A stretch of 64,000 nt of DNA, from IMG/VR virus record IMGVR_UViG_3300038499_000016, positions 32,001-96,000 of that record, one strand, 5' to 3'. Shown here piece by piece: positions 61,836 through 64,000 of this stretch. How positions within the stretch are numbered: the first letter of the stretch is position 1; each line of letters starts with the position of its first letter. This DNA is from a virus (taxonomy: Duplodnaviria; Caudoviricetes). A program made the translations under genes and the position numbers. Below the pieces are notes generated by a model. The model had not been told where the DNA came from. It did not search any database and saw only the letters and a list, made by a program, of their open reading frames with translations.

Positions 61836-63320
61836 TTACACCGCCGACGTAGAATCTCTGACTAATAATGTTGGATTATTTAATGATGAGTACACAAGAG
61901 CCTTATAATCAATGCCCCCTATGGTTCGCTTATCGACATAAGAACTGATTCCAGTACTATTAGTCAAATACACATCTTGAAGAGTACCGTAAACCCGATT
62001 CATGTCTACAGAACTACTACCAGCAGCATTGACATATTCCACCAATATAGGTCTTTGACAGTAATAATAAGTATTGGCCCCAACAGAAGTCGTAGCAGTC
62101 AGTATTATAGACTTACAATCCAGCGCGGCCTGGGTATAAATCAGCCCTGATTGAGGGTGCATGTTGTATGCTTCAACAGGACTCGACATGTAAGGTATCT
62201 GAGTTAGATTAGACGTTTCAGTCCAATTATCATCACCAGAATACTGGTATGTCACAACATTTCCGGTAGTCACTTGGAATCTATGCGGATACGCCGCTAT
62301 CACTGAACCAGACGGAAAATTCCTAAAAATGGTGTCTACAGTTATGGTATCCGCACCCAAATCCCTAGCGGTAATTTGAGGGTAGTTCAGCCAAGTATGA
62401 TCACCAAAATCATACAAAAAGTATCTGTTTCCTATTGTGAAATTAGCAGCTTGTCCCGACCCTAAACTCAGAACAACATTATTACCTGCGGTTGCCCCAG
62501 AAATAAGCGTTCCAGTTTTGCTTAGGTCTTCTACAAAATCCGTACTTGCTTCCCAATCTCCAGTCCTGACAGAGTACCACCCTATACCAGTTCCAGGTAA
62601 CGGGTATACACTAGTACTCGCAATAAACAAGCTATCCGTATTTCCTCTAAAACTATAAGAATGCCACGCCGAGTCATTGATAACTACTTGGTATAGACAC
62701 CCAGAATAAATTCCATAAGCTCTGTGGGTTGAAACATTCCACCACAAAGGAAAACGGAAGAAACAATAATTGAAATTACCAACACCTCCACCTCCAGAAT
62801 TGTTAGCATTTCCGCGTTCAATCCACAAAAATTTATGTACTTCATTCAGAGTAGGACTTGGTACGTTACAGTAGCATCTTTTTGGCCAGCCATATACATA
62901 GTGAGTGCCCGAACCTATTCCAGTAATATCAACATATGTCCCGTTGATAGCATTCAAATATGTAATAGCCACTCGTATGGTGTTTGCATCCACTACTACA
63001 GCGTAACTAAGAGGACCACCACTAGGAATTGGTGGTGTTGCAGCAATTCCACCACCGGACGTCAAAAAACTTACAGTCTGCCCAGTATGAAATCCGTGGG
63101 TATTGATGGTAATGGTATCATTGACAGTAGAAACAGCAGCAGGAAGAAATGAGTACCAAGGAGCTGCGGAATCCGATGATAAATCATCTATCAAATACCA
63201 CCCTGCCCCTCCCGACGCAACCGGCGTAGTCAGGAATGTATTCAGCTTGTAATAAAAGCTGTTGCTGTCCGAAAAACTACCGCCAGTCCAATACCCGTCA
63301 TTAACATTCCAAGCCGACAT
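61836..63320 (-). CDS. Probable tail/fibre structural protein
   Basis: G/S/T/Y-rich; DTITINTHGFHTGQTV...VVDANTI domain; C-terminal half paralogous to the next ORF. Confidence 0.65.
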   Translation of the reverse strand: MSAWNVNDGYWTGGSFSDSNSFYYKLNTFLTTPVASGGAGWYLIDDLSSDSAAPWYSFLPAAVSTVNDTITINTHGFHTGQTVSFLTSGGGIAATPPIPSGGPLSYAVVVDANTIRVAITYLNAINGTYVDITGIGSGTHYVYGWPKRCYCNVPSPTLNEVHKFLWIERGNANNSGGGGVGNFNYCFFRFPLWWNVSTHRAYGIYSGCLYQVVINDSAWHSYSFRGNTDSLFIASTSVYPLPGTGIGWYSVRTGDWEASTDFVEDLSKTGTLISGATAGNNVVLSLGSGQAANFTIGNRYFLYDFGDHTWLNYPQITARDLGADTITVDTIFRNFPSGSVIAAYPHRFQVTTGNVVTYQYSGDDNWTETSNLTQIPYMSSPVEAYNMHPQSGLIYTQAALDCKSIILTATTSVGANTYYYCQRPILVEYVNAAGSSSVDMNRVYGTLQDVYLTNSTGISSYVDKRTIGGIDYKALVYSSLNNPTLLVRDSTSAV

Positions 63321-63329
63321 ACAACATCC

Positions 63330-64000
63330 TTATTGCAGAGTATTTTGAACAATAACTGAAAAAGTAACTGGATAAGTACAATTACAGAAAGAAGATGCGG
63401 CTGTACTTAACCAGGTATAATTCAATCCACCTATCGTTCGGGTTGCAGTGCTGAAATTAGTGTTTGTTCCTATATAAATATTGTTCGCCGTCCCATAGAA
63501 TCTATCACACCCCGAAGTAGAACTTACACTGTTGTTTCGATACGCCTCGTAAATTGTTGGCCTCTGAACAAGATAACGCCCGTTATCATCCGGATCAACT
63601 CTGGTTATTGCATACGTAATCTGAGCATCAATAGAGCAGGCCCCATAAATATACCCCACCTGACCATGAAAGACATATCCCGGAGCTGCAGATACATAAG
63701 GGATAGCAGAACGAGAACCAGATATACCCGTACCCTGACTATAAGAAAAATTGTCCGCAAAGCCTCCGAACGGATTCGCTGAAGTACTTACCGCTGCGTA
63801 AAAACGATGTGGGTAAGGCCCCAACACAGCCCCTACGGGGTAATTGTAACTAATAGCATCCACCGTAATTTGATCAAGCCCTGTATCCCTAGCAGTAATC
63901 CTAACATAATCCACCCAACTATGATTTGTAAAATCATAGATATAGTAATAATTTCCGACGGTGAAATTAGAAGCCTGACCAGTTCCCAATTGAAGAGTTA
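63330..64000 (-). CDS. Partial probable tail/fibre protein (5' end outside the window)
   Basis: Frame open to the window end; shares GQA.NFT.GN.Y..YDF..H.W....ITARD...YPHRF with 61836-63320. Confidence 0.7.
   Translation of the reverse strand, partial: TLQLGTGQASNFTVGNYYYIYDFTNHSWVDYVRITARDTGLDQITVDAISYNYPVGAVLGPYPHRFYAAVSTSANPFGGFADNFSYSQGTGISGSRSAIPYVSAAPGYVFHGQVGYIYGACSIDAQITYAITRVDPDDNGRYLVQRPTIYEAYRNNSVSSTSGCDRFYGTANNIYIGTNTNFSTATRTIGGLNYTWLSTAASSFCNCTYPVTFSVIVQNTLQ

Noticed and set aside
654-63152. Numerous + strand ORFs in the track outside 17.6-21.7 kb
   Set aside because: They are antisense shadows of well-supported minus-strand genes and have no recognisable motifs
1-64000. Stop-codon reassignment (alternative genetic code)
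   Set aside because: Standard-code ORFs tile the window densely, conserved enzymes are uninterrupted, and TAA, TAG and TGA all end genes at sensible positions

Overview
A 64 kb segment of a large tailed dsDNA bacteriophage genome, densely coding and almost entirely on the minus strand. (1) 1-29 kb: a soluble glycan-biosynthesis locus of about 30 genes (NDP-sugar epimerases and a dehydrogenase, two DegT aminotransferases, N-formyl/N-acetyl transferases, many SAM methyltransferases, two radical SAM enzymes, GT-A/GT-B glycosyltransferases, two large multidomain GTs). No flippase, polymerase or lipid-carrier initiating enzyme is seen. (2) 29-44 kb: small accessory ORFs, an RNase HIII-like gene and an RNA-repair cluster (RtcB, Pnkp, HNH-RNA ligase, macro domain, intein-containing nucleotidyltransferase). 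(3) 44.1-45.2 kb: an apparently self-contained unit. An uncharacterised 254-aa protein gene is followed by a ~350-nt structured RNA containing hexamer repeats, a possible pseudoknot and a circularly permuted tRNA-like domain. This is the best candidate for an undescribed system. (4) 45.5-53.5 kb: head module (HK97-fold major capsid protein, decoration protein, scaffold, intein-split prohead protease, small probable head proteins). (5) 53.5-64 kb: beta-rich probable virion/fibre proteins, an exported SGNH esterase and a holin-like gene. A 16-bp motif (TAATAATCTCTTAATA-like) precedes head genes and occurs as a divergent pair at the centre of the glycan locus, which suggests glycosylation belongs to the late/virion programme. 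All family assignments come from motif recognition by eye; no database search was run.
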